Of a DNA stretch of 64,000 bases, positions 39,288 to 52,974 are shown one piece after another (the stretch's first letter is position 1; the number at the start of each line of letters is the position of its first letter). The DNA comes from Octopus sinensis. Taxonomy: Eukaryota. A program made the translations under genes and the position numbers. Location: contig NC_043009.1 of assembly GCF_006345805.1 (NCBI RefSeq), forward strand, positions 18,228,001-18,292,000. The letters are read 5' to 3'. The notes under the pieces were generated by a model, which searched no databases, had not been told where the DNA came from, and saw nothing but the letters and a program-made list of their open reading frames with translations.

Positions 39288-39733
39288 CATTTATCGGCAT
39301 TGTTACCGTGTTAGCTGTATTATAAGTATTTCTACTACTACAAATTGATCGAAGGTGATGTTTATCAATGCGGTTTACATCTCCTTGGTTGGTATTTAGA
39401 TGCAAATGTTCGCTAGATCCAGTTGGTGGGTTATTGAACCTTTGCCGCATTTTGCTATTGTTTATAAGATGCATAAATTAGCAGAGTTGGCGTAGGATAC
39501 CTTCAAGGTGTGTCGATTAAAAATAGCATCATGCCGATAAATGCTCATGCAGAGAAAAATCAAAATGTCCTTTGATGAATCTCTGTATGAGTACAAATCT
39601 TGTATATAAATGTACCGTGCACACAAGGGGAGATCCGTATGTTTACATTGGGCAGACGGCTGATTCATTTAAGAATCGTTATCGTGACCATGTTGCCAGC
39701 TTTAAGACAATCAATAAGAGACATTCAACATCC
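39288..39733 (+). pseudogene. Penelope-like element fragment: GIY-YIG N-half (plus) with an inverted upstream linker (minus)
   Basis: The plus strand from about 39542 reads CSCREKSKCPLMNLCMSTNLVYKCTVH...YVYIGQTADSFKNRYRDHVASFK...KRHSTS. The minus strand 39530-39301 reads AIFNRHTLKVSYANSANL, a PLE RT-EN linker motif. Confidence 0.85.
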
Positions 39734-40103
39734 GCGGTCATGCTGGAGCATATATTACTTGTTTCATTTACTGGACAGCGGCCATCCAGGAGCACCTACA
39801 TGAAGGGTTTAGTCGACTTCGGTACTTTTTTTTAAAAAACATGATGCTTATTCTATTGTTTTTTTTTTTCGTCGAGCCACTAACTTACGGAGACCCAAAG
39901 AAACTAACATCGGTTGTCAAAGAACAATGTGGACAAACACAAAGATACACACATACACAGACACGCACACACACACACACTCACACACACACAAACACAC
40001 ATACACACATAGATATACACATATGTATACGACAGTCTTCTTTCAGTGTCCGTCTATCAAATCCACTCGCAAGGTTTGGTGGATCCAGGGCTATCGTAGA
40101 AGA
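39730..40103 (-). mobile_element. SINE family B, degenerate with duplicated tail
   Basis: The GCGGTCATGCTGGAGCA tail segment occurs twice, and CCGTCTATCAAATCCACTCGCAAGG is present. Confidence 0.7.
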
Positions 40104-40384
40104 AATCTTGAGCTAATACTGCTCACAATGGATCTGTGTGTGCGCGCACGCGCTTGTGTGTTCCTTCATGGAACAAAAAATGAGCACTAAAGAGATGTGT
40201 TGATTGATAAAGCGAATGCGTAGATTAACTTACATTTTCATGTCTGAGGATTAGTAAATATGACAATCTCTACAAAGAGAAATATGGGATTCTATGAATT
40301 AGCCGGTCGTATGTCAAGAGCTTCCACTTAGGTGCATTGCATCTGAGTTGTTCTAAGGACTGCAACTCATTCCAAACACTCCTG

Positions 40385-40423
<39 letters not shown>

Positions 40424-40574
40424 GTCTTTGCACGTATATGTTTCCCCGAAGACTTAAAGGTGACATCCACATCAAGTGCAGCCTTTCTTGGATTCGTGAC
40501 CGCTACATCAAATCACATTTCAATGTGTGATGTGACGTGGGCGTTCATATCACAATCCAAGAGCAAGAGACAGT

Positions 40575-41195
40575 CACAAGATACTTTATGAGCAAAAGAG
40601 ACAGAAAACCTCTCGGTGAGCCAAGATGCAACTGAAAAGGCATCACACGTGTGGTCAGCAGCTGATCAAAAAAGTCCTCAAGCTCTACCTCCCAATGTAG
40701 CATGATGTTGTAACGAAAACAACATACAATGCTATCCGAAAAAGTAAGTGCTGAGATAAATATAGAGAACCCCATGTCATTGAATACATACACAAACATC
40801 AACACAAGGAATATTGTTGGGACATTTCCCGTAAAGCTTCTACCAAGTGCAAATATCACAGGTCGGATATAGTTGTACTAATATGGAGGTCAGCTGTCCT
40901 GCTGATCTTTTCGAAAGAAGATAACTATGGAACAACTGTTTCGAAACTTCCAGCTTCTATATTCATATCATGAATTCACATTTATACGAACAATAATTGA
41001 TGCATTTGGTATTGTGAACAAATGCCTGAGTGACTATCTGGAAAAGCTAGGGCTTTCAGAAAAAAAAATTAACCGGCTAACACGGATATCATAAATACAC
41101 CCTACAAAGAGAACAGTAAAAATGATTTTGTTTTCTACATTCCGACGATGGAGCTTTGCATCTTTGTTAGAAACCAGCACCATCCTTACAGAAAG
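40575..41195 (+). pseudogene. 3' part of an R4/Dong-like non-LTR element: CCHC knuckle, restriction-like endonuclease and 3' UTR
   Basis: Decayed TRY.MSKRDRK...HV.SS*SK...YLPM*HDVVTKTTYNAIR...WDI.VK.STKCKYHRSDIVV...FI.TIIDAFG.VNKCLSDYLEKLGLSEKKINRL. It is the same family as 4484-5830. Confidence 0.8.
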
Positions 41196-41234
41196 AAATC
41201 AAATAATTAAAAATTGAAGAGAACACGCATACTT

Positions 41235-41370
41235 ACACGTACGTACGTATGTATGTATGTATGTATGTATGTATGTATGTATGTATGTATGTATGTATGT
41301 ATGCATGTATGTATGTATGTATTTATGTATGTATGTATGGATGTATGTATGTATGGATGTATGTATGTAT
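41235..41370. repeat. (TATG)n microsatellite
   Basis: Directly visible. Confidence 0.95.
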
Positions 41371-41623
41371 ACTATTTCTGAATCCTTTTGCACGTATTGG
41401 ACGCAAAGTTCAATAGATTTTTTTTCGAAAAGCACGGACAGCTCACTTATGTCATCAACAATTTCCCACCACCTCTCGTCGCATCATTCTTATCTATGTT
41501 TCCCGTGGTTTCTGTCTTCTGCTGCTGTCTGTCCACCTAGACGCATTTCGAACGAGGTTTCTATCTCGTCTATAGATGTGTCCGTGTCATCTACATCGCG
41601 AGAATCTTATAAAGTTACTTTAA

Positions 41624-41658
<35 letters not shown>

Positions 41659-41725
41659 CATCCCTCTCTCTCTCGCTCTCTCCTCTCTCTCTCCTCTCTC
41701 TCTCTCCGTCTTGTTACTTAACCAT

Positions 41726-41794
<69 letters not shown>

Positions 41795-43040
41795 TGTTGC
41801 ACACGAAATTTTGTCACTCGATTCTGAAAGTTAGAAAATTTTCGAGAGAATAAATAATGAAGATTATTAGGGGGTACTTGAGTACTATGGTTGCAAGTAA
41901 GAGGCTCACTTTATTTGGAGTTTGAGCAGAAGCATTTGAATTATAAAAGCAGAACAAGTAATGGATGTGTTAAAATTTATATCGAAACCCAAATGTCTCT
42001 CGTCCCACAAGGTAAAATTCCGTGTACCATGGCAAGATTGATATTATTGACACACATATAAATATAAGTACACATATACGCACAAAAACAAAAAAAAAAA
42101 CCACACACACAACACTCAAAGACAAACACATACTCGTACCTATATATTTCTATGCGTGCGCGCACACTCAAACGCATATACATACATATATACACACCAT
42201 ATTGAATTCTCTACTAAAACAACCAGTCCCTTACAGTAATATAATGTCATTGCTATTATAATTCCCCAGGAAAGAAGAAAGAAGGATAACTGCATTTATG
42301 GCACTAAGTTCAGAAATTATTTACAAACAGCAACAGTCTTTAAGTGCTGGTTTCATTTCACCTGTAGCAGTATTGAATGGTAATCTAACAAAACACAGAC
42401 TGAATCTACTTCTATACCAGATGAATATTTGCAGGCTTAAATTTCTAATTTAGACTTCCTACAATCTATATTCTCCAATAATCGCTAAATATACACAGAC
42501 AGACAGACAGACACACAGACCCCTCACACACACACACACCTCCCACCCCCACCGTAACCTCCCCACACACATATATTTACACACACACACTCATACACAC
42601 ACACACATATATATACTCCCGTTCTATGCACTTATGACTAACTTGTTTATACGCATGTTTCAACACTTTTAACAAGAACAATACAGTTAATTACTCGCTG
42701 ATTGTTCGGTGTATTTCAACAGTAGCAATCTGCTCTGTTAAAGTGTGAGCTGGAAATGGTTGACGATAGAAGTAATGGAAGTAGATAGATTACCTGAAAT
42801 AAGATGTTAACACAATGGGCTTAGATTACAGCAGCAATAAATGAATCCATCAATTAAGATATAGAGTATTATATACGTTTATGAATTTGTGTTGCAAGAT
42901 TCTTGATGTGAAAGCGTGTGTTGAAACAGATTTTGTTGTATTTCGGGATGACCTTTTTATTTCCAAATAAACACACGCACTGTATATTCTTTCTTCTCTC
43001 GTTTATTACTGATTTTATTCTGATTTTAACTCGTGTCCGT

Positions 43041-43086
43041 TGTCCGGAAATCTTTCGTCACACATCTGTGACCTCTTCAGCGACAC
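43041..43086 (-). ncRNA. Minimal type I hammerhead ribozyme, canonical core
   Basis: Minus strand reads GTGTCG-CTGAAGA-G-GTCACA-GATG-TGTGAC-GAAA-GATTTC-CGGACA. It has a perfect 6-bp stem II, a UUC triplet and stem I with a single bulge. Confidence 0.75.
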
Positions 43087-43360
43087 TTTGCGTTTCCATG
43101 TGTGCTCTGCTCCACTTAGTCCATTCTGTTCTTCTATGATGTGTATCCTTACATGCGCATCCGTTTGCGCCTCTATTTGTGGGTGTGTGTGTGTGGGGGG
43201 GGGGTGCGTGTGTGTGCATATGTGCGTGTGTGTGCATATGTGTGTGTGTGTGTATCATTGCTTAGCAGCACTATGACCCGCTCTTTTCCCCTGTCCCCTC
43301 CCCGTTGCCGTTGTTGCTACCCTTGAACCCCGACTTCTGGTACCGTTCCTGTATCTGTGT

Positions 43361-43401
<41 letters not shown>

Positions 43402-43908
43402 TGTGTTCGCCTACGCTGCTGCAATCATGGTAGTTGTTGCCGTTCTTGTTGTTGCTGCTGTTGTTGTTCGTCGCGTTGTTGGTGTTGTTGCAGCAGTTTG
43501 GGAAGTCACTGTATGTGTGTTTGTGTGTTTATATGGGTTCGCTTACTATATTGTTTGTATCCGCTCCTTTTATACAGTTTTGTTTTACCTATTTATCCCA
43601 ATTTATGTGCATATTTGTCTATTGAGTGTGTATAACACTGTTTGTATCTGGGTTTCCACCCCCTTTTGCCTTTAGCCGTCATTTTACGTGGTGTGGTGGT
43701 GGGTGTTATTGTTCCACTCGTATTTTCTGTTGAGGCTCAGAGAAATATAATCGAAGATGATCAGAAAAATAGTTTAGAGTTGCTGTTTCGCCACCTCATG
43801 TTTAAACTTGTTTTTCTCATATTCAGAGATGAGGGATACAATCCAGATGTCGAAACTGATGAGAGAACCACAAAATGGTAGAGAGAAAGTGCAAGAGAGA
43901 AAAAGGGT

Positions 43909-44018
<110 letters not shown>

Positions 44019-44306
44019 GAAAGGAAAGAGAGCAGCATTTCATCCAGTGATAGAATTATTTCCTTTATTATCTGTTTTAGAAATGCTTTCTGCTTACTTC
44101 TAATTTGGAGAACAAAATGAAACCGGTACGATTCTGTATGGAACTTGATTAGCAAACTTTGCACCAACGGAGATTGACCACGATCACATTCAATACTATA
44201 TCGTTATACAGGACCTTATCAAGTCGGTGTGCCAAAATCTGTGGCTGTGTCCGTTGTAAGAACCATTGCTTTTAGTACTAACCTGTGTCATACAATTCTC
44301 TTCTTA

Positions 44307-44345
<39 letters not shown>

Positions 44346-44419
44346 CTCTCTCTTTCTTTCTCTCTCACACACACATGCATGGCGGTATGTATATATGCAT
44401 ATATTGGTATGTATGTGTG

Positions 44420-44705
44420 TATAAGACAACTTTTAAAAACATACTTAAAAAGATAAATATCATAACTAATAACTGGGAAGATCTTGCATCAGATAAGGAC
44501 CTGTAAAGGAATCTAATTGTTACTACTGGGAAAAGATTCGAGAACTACAGAGTTGCATATACTGAGTTGAAACGTGGTGGTAAATATATGGAGGATGTGA
44601 AAGGTCACGAAAGGGTCAATTTCGTGCGACCAATGTGGTCGTGTCTGCTTTCTAAAGGTAGGCCTTCTCAGCCACAAGCGTGGTCACGGAGGCACTGACG
44701 TCTAC
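44420..44705 (+). pseudogene. RTE-clade LINE 3' end with terminal C2H2 zinc finger
   Basis: LKKINIITNNWEDLASDKDL*RNLI...FENYRV...ELKR, then FSCDQCGRVCFLKVGLLSHKRGH. Confidence 0.8.
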
Positions 44706-44971
44706 CAGTTTGATATCCAGCATGATCACTTGTATGCCTTGTGTAGCAGTAAGTGTGGGGTGGCCAGTGGGCTCAGTTTGAATTGCAGTTCCCAACATCT
44801 CGGTGGCTGGGCTGCTGCTGGTGTATGTGAGTGGGCTGGATGGGTGACTTCTTGTCGTTGTGGAATGTCATAGAACACACTTGCGGTGGGGAGACTAATC
44901 TTGAGTTGTTTTATAGAGTGAAATGGGTCAAGGAAATGGTCTTATTCGACCACCTGTCGATTTCCTCCATA

Positions 44972-45092
<121 letters not shown>

Positions 45093-47301
45093 GCACATAT
45101 ACATATCTATATACATTCATACCTACACACACACACACAAATGTAAAGATCGTCCAGCAGACAGACAAATAACACACCATACCATTCTATGGCTGGTCTT
45201 TTCCACGTAGTGTTTTTCACACAAGAGGAATCACCATAGTTTGATGCAAGTCGCTCTAACAGTTTCTTAATTGAATTTAAATATTTAAAACTAATTAGGA
45301 CAAACTAATACGGATTAGAATTGATATTGGAGCAACTACGTTCGTACAACGAATTTGCTCAAGCAGAACTGAACAGGGTGACCTAATAATACCACCAAAA
45401 CTAAAATGTTTTATATGAAATAAACAGATAAATATCAACAACGAAAAAAAAAATACAACTAAAATGCTGCACTAAATGAGAACATGTGAACAAAAACACA
45501 AATACCGTTCATTGGCACTAATACCAACATTTCTATTTATTTTTATAGTACGCTTTTCCATCTTAAGCTTTCAAACTACACACATGCATAATCTCTCTTT
45601 CTCATCCTCCTCTGTCTCTTTCTTACACACACACACACGCATGCGTGCAAACACACGCTCTCACTTTCGCCCTCTTTCTCTCTTCTCCCTCTCTCCATCC
45701 CATCATACACCGTCGTACATATATTTTAATCTACCCCAACACCAGCTTCTTCGAAGACAACCATCTCATCATATACATATTTCTTGTTCTGCAGAAAGTG
45801 GCTGCCATTTTGCCAGGCATTCTTGGTGACGTCAACATTGGAAGCCACAATTCCGATAGCAATCTCCAGTTGTGTATCTATCTGACAACTTCAGATCATC
45901 TTACACAATCTGCTCCATCATTCGCCAGACCTAACTACTAACATGTAAATCCTATCCTCTATAACTCCTCCCCCTCCCCCTCCGCCTCCCTTCCTCCTCT
46001 TTCTTCTTCTTCTGCTCCTCCTCCTCCACCACCTCATCATCATCATTATCATCATAACGTGCGCATCAACGTTATCATATTAGGCCCTCTCCTCTTCTTT
46101 CCTTCACATTCTCTGCATCATTCCCTTCCTCCTCCTCCTCCTCCTCCTCATCATCATCATCATCATCATCATCGTCATTCTTAAGTAAGACAAGCCCAGC
46201 ATAATTTGGACAATTGCTAAAAGGTCCAATAGTAAACTACGAAGAGACTCACATGTACGCATGTACGCCCGCCTGCACGCGCGCACGCGAACACATGCGA
46301 ATACATTCATCCAGTGAGGTAAACGTGCCGATGGATATTTGCTTTGCGGGTTTGTATGTATGTGTGTGTGTTTATGTGTGTGTGTTTATGTACATATCTT
46401 TGTATGAATTATGAATGTATACATACACGGCTATGTATGCATGTTTGCATGCATTTGAGTGCGCACATTATATGTGTGTGTGTATGTATATGCATACATA
46501 CATGTATGTATATATGGTTGGACACACCCGTACTTAGATAGCTAGACAGAAGGTGTGTGAGTGCGTGCAAGTGTGAGTGTGTCCGGGGAACCTGTCAGTT
46601 CCTAAGCTGATGTGATTCTGGCATATGAGGCTCGGATGGGAAAGAAATGCAGGGTTAAGGATAGGGTGGAGCCTAAGTGGTAGGTAAGTGGAAGGTAGAC
46701 GGGTAGAGGGGGATGTGAAGGGAGGAGATGAGAGAAAGAAAGACAAGACAGGGGTGGAAGGTATTAGTTTTCAGCTTTTTATCTCAGCTTAATTATGACA
46801 TACTAGAACACACGAAGAAACAATAAAGAGTGTTTTATTGTGTGTAAGTATTTCTACTCACAATTGACTTAGTCTTTCTCCCTCTCGCTCACACAGATAA
46901 TATCTGACACACAAGCACACACGTAAGAACACATACACACACACTCGTAGGAACACACACACATACATGCACACACACAATCAAAAAAGCATAGACATAT
47001 ATATATGTATCTATGTATGTGAAAGGCCTCTGTCGGTCAACATTGACCATGCATCTGCATATGCATGAGCTAAAGTTTTCTGAAAGACTAGGAATTTGTC
47101 TATGCATGTTACTCCCCTCTCGCCACGTTACCGATATTTATCCAGAAGAAATGTTGTGCACTTGGGCCGATACAACATGGCACCAGTGTCGTCACAGGCG
47201 TTGAGTGGTCTTCTTGCTCTAGGAATGTACGGAAGTCTCTAAACTATAACACCCAATGTGGTCTGTTGCTCAACACGATGCCAATGGCTAGCAAAGCTTA
47301 C

Positions 47302-47455
47302 CTTGCGTTTGGGAAATAATAATAGAGATGAGTGGAACGTGTCCATAAATCCACTCTTTTGTTTTATGTTCATGCTGAGAAATTTCGAATTTTCATAGGA
47401 AAACTTCAAGGCGAAGCTGAGGCTCCTTGTCCAGAGTCCGAGTTTTGACCCTGTA
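47302..47455 (-). other. Candidate internal coding exon, product unknown
   Basis: The acceptor is ATTATTCTTCAG and the donor AAG|GTAAGC. One frame is open across 154 nt (TGSKLGLWTRSLSFALKFSYENSKFLSMNIKQKSGFMDTFHSSLLLFPKRK). I recognise no homology. Confidence 0.2.
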
Positions 47456-48466
47456 CTGAAGAATAATCTCTACACACGAATTCTAATGGTGTTACTTTCG
47501 CTGATTTTTTGTTATGTATATTATTCACCCAAAATAAATTTTAAATAGACGGATAAATCCAAATTCACTCGTCAGCAAATGTGTAACTGAGTATTGATTC
47601 CCATAACTTCGCAAAGGAGATGAGAGCCTTGAAGATAAAGAAGATTGCAGAGAATAATATTTGAGGCTATTATTGTAGAGTGCGCACACAAAACAATTCA
47701 GAGAGTTGCAGAGTTAAACGTTGACCGACATTTGCTCCACATTAGAAAACCAAGGAAAACCCGATAAATGAGCGCTGCACGAGCTGCACGAAAATAGATT
47801 TTTTAAAATGTGGTTACGAAATTTTCTGTGTGTTGCTTTTGTGCAACAAAAGCAATCTATTATTTCTTGATTGCTTTGGAACATGAGGCGAAAATGGAAC
47901 TTTTGCATGCAACGATCGTGATCTTCCCATTGGCCGGACCGAGGTAAAACACACAAACACTTTCCTAAACTGCATTGAAAGAAGGATTTAGTTACTGTTT
48001 TGTGATCGGAACTGGAACCATCCACCACTTTGCCTTGAATCTTTGCCTCGTAGCAATATAAAACAAACATTAAACATTGAACATATAAATCATACTTTCT
48101 CCGTCTAGTTTGACCATATTATGGAAGATATAATCCAAACTGAAAGATTTTTTGTTGTTTTTTTAAGAATAATTTGTGCTATATAGATGACGTCGAACTA
48201 GCAATGGAATTAATCAACTTCTAATGTCTTCCAGTAGATTCTAATTTTAATTTTTCTTATCTAACCGTAGACCGTCATATTATATAATGTACAGTATTTA
48301 GTCTCGGTTCAAATATCACCGCAGTCAGCATTGCCTTTCAGGTCTTTGGATTCGATAAACTAACTGCCCAGACATAAACAACGTTCAATGAAATTGGTAT
48401 TTCTTTTTCTCTATGAATATTTGATGTTAGGCCAATGTTAACACAGGTTATTATTGTTATTTTCGC

Positions 48467-48517
<51 letters not shown>

Positions 48518-48716
48518 CATTATTATTATTGTTGTTGTTGTTGTCACTTTTGTCATCACAGACTATCCTTTTCTCCTCTGACACATGTGACACAACAAAA
48601 ACACAAACTCACACTCATATCTTCACGCGTGCCAATACATGTGGAAGAGTTCACACACAGATACATATGTGGATATGTACACAATGTGCGGTTCAATATC
48701 AATTGTGCTTGCAACG

Positions 48717-48897
48717 TGGAGAGCTGGCAAAATAGTTAGCACGCCGGGCAAAATACTAAGCGACATTTCGTCCGTCTTCGCGTTCTGAGTTCAAATTCCG
48801 CCGAGGTCGACTTTGCCTTTCATCCTTTTGGCCCCAATTAAACACTGGGGTCGATATAATCGGCTTACCCACTCCCCTGAAATTAGCCTTGTGTCAA
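48717..48897 (+). mobile_element. SINE family A
   Basis: GGAGAGCTGGCAAAATAGTTAGCACGCCGGGC...GAGTTCAAATTCCGCCGAGG. Confidence 0.9.
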
Positions 48898-49671
48898 TTG
48901 ACTCCTTCTACGTCGAAAGATGAATGTTTCTCTAAACTATGTATACATGCACAATGCTATTACAGGTAATAAATGTGAGCAGAATTAAAAGTGGTACCGG
49001 TTTTTACTCCCCCGTACAACTGGGGATTCATTTTATTATCAATAATATATATTTCAGTTACACACACGCCCCACACACACACTTAAACACACACAATTAA
49101 AAACACATAAATATGCATTTTTGTTCAATCCTCAGTAAATCTTCAAAGAAAACGTAAGAAAATAAAAGGAATAATTTGTGATCCGACAACATGACACCGA
49201 GAAACCACGTTATCTTGGCTACAACAGTACTGTGTAAGGTAGATAATCAAGCGCCAATCGAGAATGTTTCTGTTCTGGCTGTAAGCAGCATAATTAATCT
49301 CACACCACTACAACATTAATACTCCACTACATCAATTACTCGGGGAACGATATTTCTGGAATTTCTATAAACTATTATAATGCCACTGAGATAATATGAC
49401 ACTAATGCACCCCAGAAACCCAGACTTTACAAGTTTAAAAATACAGGTCTCGACTATGTGATTGGTCATTACAACTCTGATGTATGGCGATGCGTATAAA
49501 CTAAATGTATTGGATCTCGATGCTACGGTGTCTGGTAAGCAAAATTGAGTTAAGTTTGTGTGATTACTTGCTTCTCGAATCTATTATTAAAGTAATTCGG
49601 TATTTCATTATTGAGTTGATGATATATAGCAATAATATAAGAAATTGCAATAATATTATTCGAAAGAAATA

Positions 49672-49880
49672 AGGCGCAAGCTGGCATAGCCGTTAACAAG
49701 CAGGGCAAAATGCTTAGCGGCATTCCGTCCGTCCCACGTTCTGAGTTCGAATTCAGTCGCGGTCGACTTTACCTTTCATCCTTTCGGGGTCGATAAATTA
49801 AGTAGCAGCTGAACATTGGAGTCGATTTAATCGACTTATCCCCTTTCCGAAATTGCTGGCTCTATGCCAAATTTTGAAAT
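49672..49880 (+). mobile_element. SINE family A
   Basis: GGCGCAAGCTGGCATAGCCGTT...GAGTTCGAATTC...GGGGTCGATAAATTAAG. Confidence 0.9.
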
Positions 49881-50760
49881 CACTATTATTCGGAAGATAC
49901 TTGTAGCTAGATATTATGATAATGAAATATCCCCGTAGCTCTGCATTAAATTACTAAATTACCAAGGTATGCTAGAATTTCAGTATCGTATAATTATGAT
50001 CTACTATAATAATACTCTTGTGTTTTTCTCCGTCACAACATATGAATGAGAAAGGAAGGGATGATAGATGAAGAACGAAGGAAGGAGTGATGGCAAACTT
50101 AGTAGTGGGATGATGGAAATTCTACTGTGAAAAAAATAATCAAACAGCGTTTCAAATCTGTGTGAGTATATGTGTGTGTGTATGTAAAAGGGAGGTCTGT
50201 GAATGTGTGTGTGTATGTGCAATGGAAGAGGGATGGTGAACATTCAACGCTGAAAAGAAAAATTAAACAGCGTTTCAACTCTGTGTATATGTGTGTGTGC
50301 GTGTACAAGGAAAGTATGTGAATGTTTGCATGTGTGAACCAGCGTTCTTTCAGTAAGAAACGATAATCGATGTCACACCTCAACAGACAACCATTAGATA
50401 ACATTGACAAGTCTATTAATTTGATTTACCATCCATATTCTCTATCTGATGTGTTACAAATAATTATTACAATCACACACTCTACACAAACATATACAAA
50501 CTCATTAGAGAAAAAAATTACTGCCTGAGTGAATCAAGAATATAAAACGGCTGCAGTTAAAAAGTATATTATAAATACACGTCTTAATTTAACAGTTTAT
50601 ACATGTCCTTAATTTATTTATATTGAGAAATTTATGTAATAAATTTTGAATAGGGGAGTTTTTACAATATCAACCCTAAGTCACGGACTGCTTTTTGTGG
50701 CTTTAAATCGTATGAGCTTAGGTTGGTTTCAGTAATGGAGAGCACAACTGAAAGGAAATG

Positions 50761-50930
50761 TTGCTTCGAAAAAACTGGTATTTACTTGCCAGCTTTTGTA
50801 TTTAGTCATGGCCAGCTTTATGTGGCCTTAAGCCATACAAGAAGGGAAGGAAAACTTAAAATTCTTTTAAAGGAAACAAGCAACCAAAGGATATTAGTTG
50901 TGGGTAGATTTTTCACAAAAAAGTTTGCTA
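50761..50930 (+). pseudogene. Helitron RepHel PIF1-type helicase C-terminal relic
   Basis: CFEKTGIYLPAFVFSHGQLYVALSH...LKILL matches the PIF1/Helitron motif V-VI region (VFSHGQLYVALSR). Confidence 0.8.
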
Positions 50931-51747
50931 ATAAAATAATTATTAAACTAAAAACTTGGTTTTATACCTTATTTATATATACAAAAAACACAGTTAGCTA
51001 TCATTTTTTGACAGCTAGTTATATTATAATAATGCAGTGACATATTTGACCAGGGTCATCATTTTGGTTGCCATAGTTCCGATGTTTCGGCCGTTGATGC
51101 AATGAGGTGGTGGCTATAAGCGTTGATTAAGTCTCAAGTGTGAAATGTAAAGTAGACGTGACTTCAATTCCCGTTCCAGCCAATAAGATATATACCCTGG
51201 CTCACGGGGAATGAGCAGGCGACATAACAAATAGAAAACATAACTAAAAGAAGAATATGTTTGTTGTGAACAACGGAATGGCAGCAATCTCTCTTCGTAT
51301 ATTAAATAAAGGTTCTAAATTTTGTGAACATTACAGAATATGATAGGTAACTGAAGCCGTTTGGAGGGTAGACGAACGGAATGTTGTGACTATAATAAAC
51401 AAGATGAAGACAACATACCGTATATATCTGTGTATCATAATGATAATTCCTCACCCCAGAAATTCTGTCCTAAAATTATTATTGGTTGTAAGGTATTCAA
51501 TAATATGGCACTAACCTGGTACTTAAGATTCGAGCTGCCTATGGACATTTGTAGGTCTTCATTATCACATTAAGTTATCATGATACTTAGCTATTTGTGC
51601 TATTGCACAGTACTTAATTAAAGATAAAGCACAGCTGGGCAATACGCCACACCATATTAAAACACACTATACGACACTCCATTACCTTACACCATCCTGC
51701 AATAAACTCATAAAGAAAAGAAAGAGGAGAAAAGAAAAGGAAAAATA

Positions 51748-51968
51748 GCCAAGGGCTCATAAGTCCTGTTTCCCGGATTCTGTGGCGTATATATTTAGCC
51801 CCCTCTTCCTGGATGGGACGCCGGATAACTCTTTTTTGCAGGATTACTCTTTTTTGTCAGCTGAGTGGATTGGTACAACGTGAAATGAAGTATTTTGCTC
51901 AAGAACACAAAGAACCATCCGGGTCAGGAATCGAAACGACAATCTTACGATCACGAGAGCAGCACACT
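51748..51968 (-). mobile_element. tRNA-derived SINE, family C
   Basis: The reverse complement reads ...CGTAAGATTGTCGTTTCGATTCCTGACCCGG..TTGTGTTCTTGAGCAAAATACTTCATTTCACGTTG..CCACTCAGCTG, which has a B-box followed by a central conserved domain. A related head fragment may lie at about 57740-57845. Confidence 0.75.
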
Positions 51969-52855
51969 ACGCTACTTTACATCACACAACACTTCAAACA
52001 CCACTCCACAGTACACTGTACTTTATATTTACCCCACACTACCCCACACTACAATCTGTTACTCTCTTACATTACAATAATACTGCAACACACCACGCTG
52101 CATTCTACTAATCTTCAGATCTGAAAATCAAAACACAAATAACTGTCGCAAGAAGACATTTCTTTTACCTCAGGTTGATATGGATACATTTATACACAAC
52201 AACAACGACAACAACAGCACTGTTATAAGATACATCTTCAACATTCCCATTTTCACATGTCCCTCTTATTTGGTTTTCTTTTAAAAGGGGGACGCATACC
52301 CCCTGCCCTCTATAGCAGCCTCACGTCTTTTTTTATGCCTTCCCCTATTCTCGTGCAATAGACGTATATGTTGCAGAGCAACAACATTGACAAGAATAAC
52401 ATCAGCGGCAGCAGCAGCAGCAGCGGCAGCAACAGCAGCAGCAGCAAAAATAACTTAACTAACACAACAATGGCAGCAACAGCATCACCATCAACAGCAG
52501 CAGCATCAACAGCAGCCACAACAGTAACAACAAACAGCAACTGCAACGGCACACAACAAAGCAACAACAGTGACAGCATCTAGAATGATTTTTTTTTTAT
52601 AAAGCAACAACAACAACAACAAGTACAACACCAGGTTTGGAATGTGTAGCCAGATGTAGTGCAATGGTGATAATATTATTTCATCGACCAGAAGTTCTGC
52701 TCACACAAATGCCCACCATTGCTGCACACTCTGCCTTCTACCCAGAAATTACCCCACCCACTCCTATGTCACACGACTCCACCCTCATTCCGCCCCTCTT
52801 TCTCCGGCATAATTTCTCTCGTTCACATCGACACAGGCATACCACACACATACGC

Positions 52856-52901
<46 letters not shown>

Positions 52902-52926
52902 TTTTATGTATGTGTATCTGCTTATC

Positions 52927-52974
<48 letters not shown>

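Noticed and set aside
43642-43881. ORF with a signal-peptide-like stretch (VILRGVVVGVIVPLVFSVEAQ)
   Set aside because: It derives partly from GTG/GTT low-complexity sequence, has no recognisable domain and has a weak donor.
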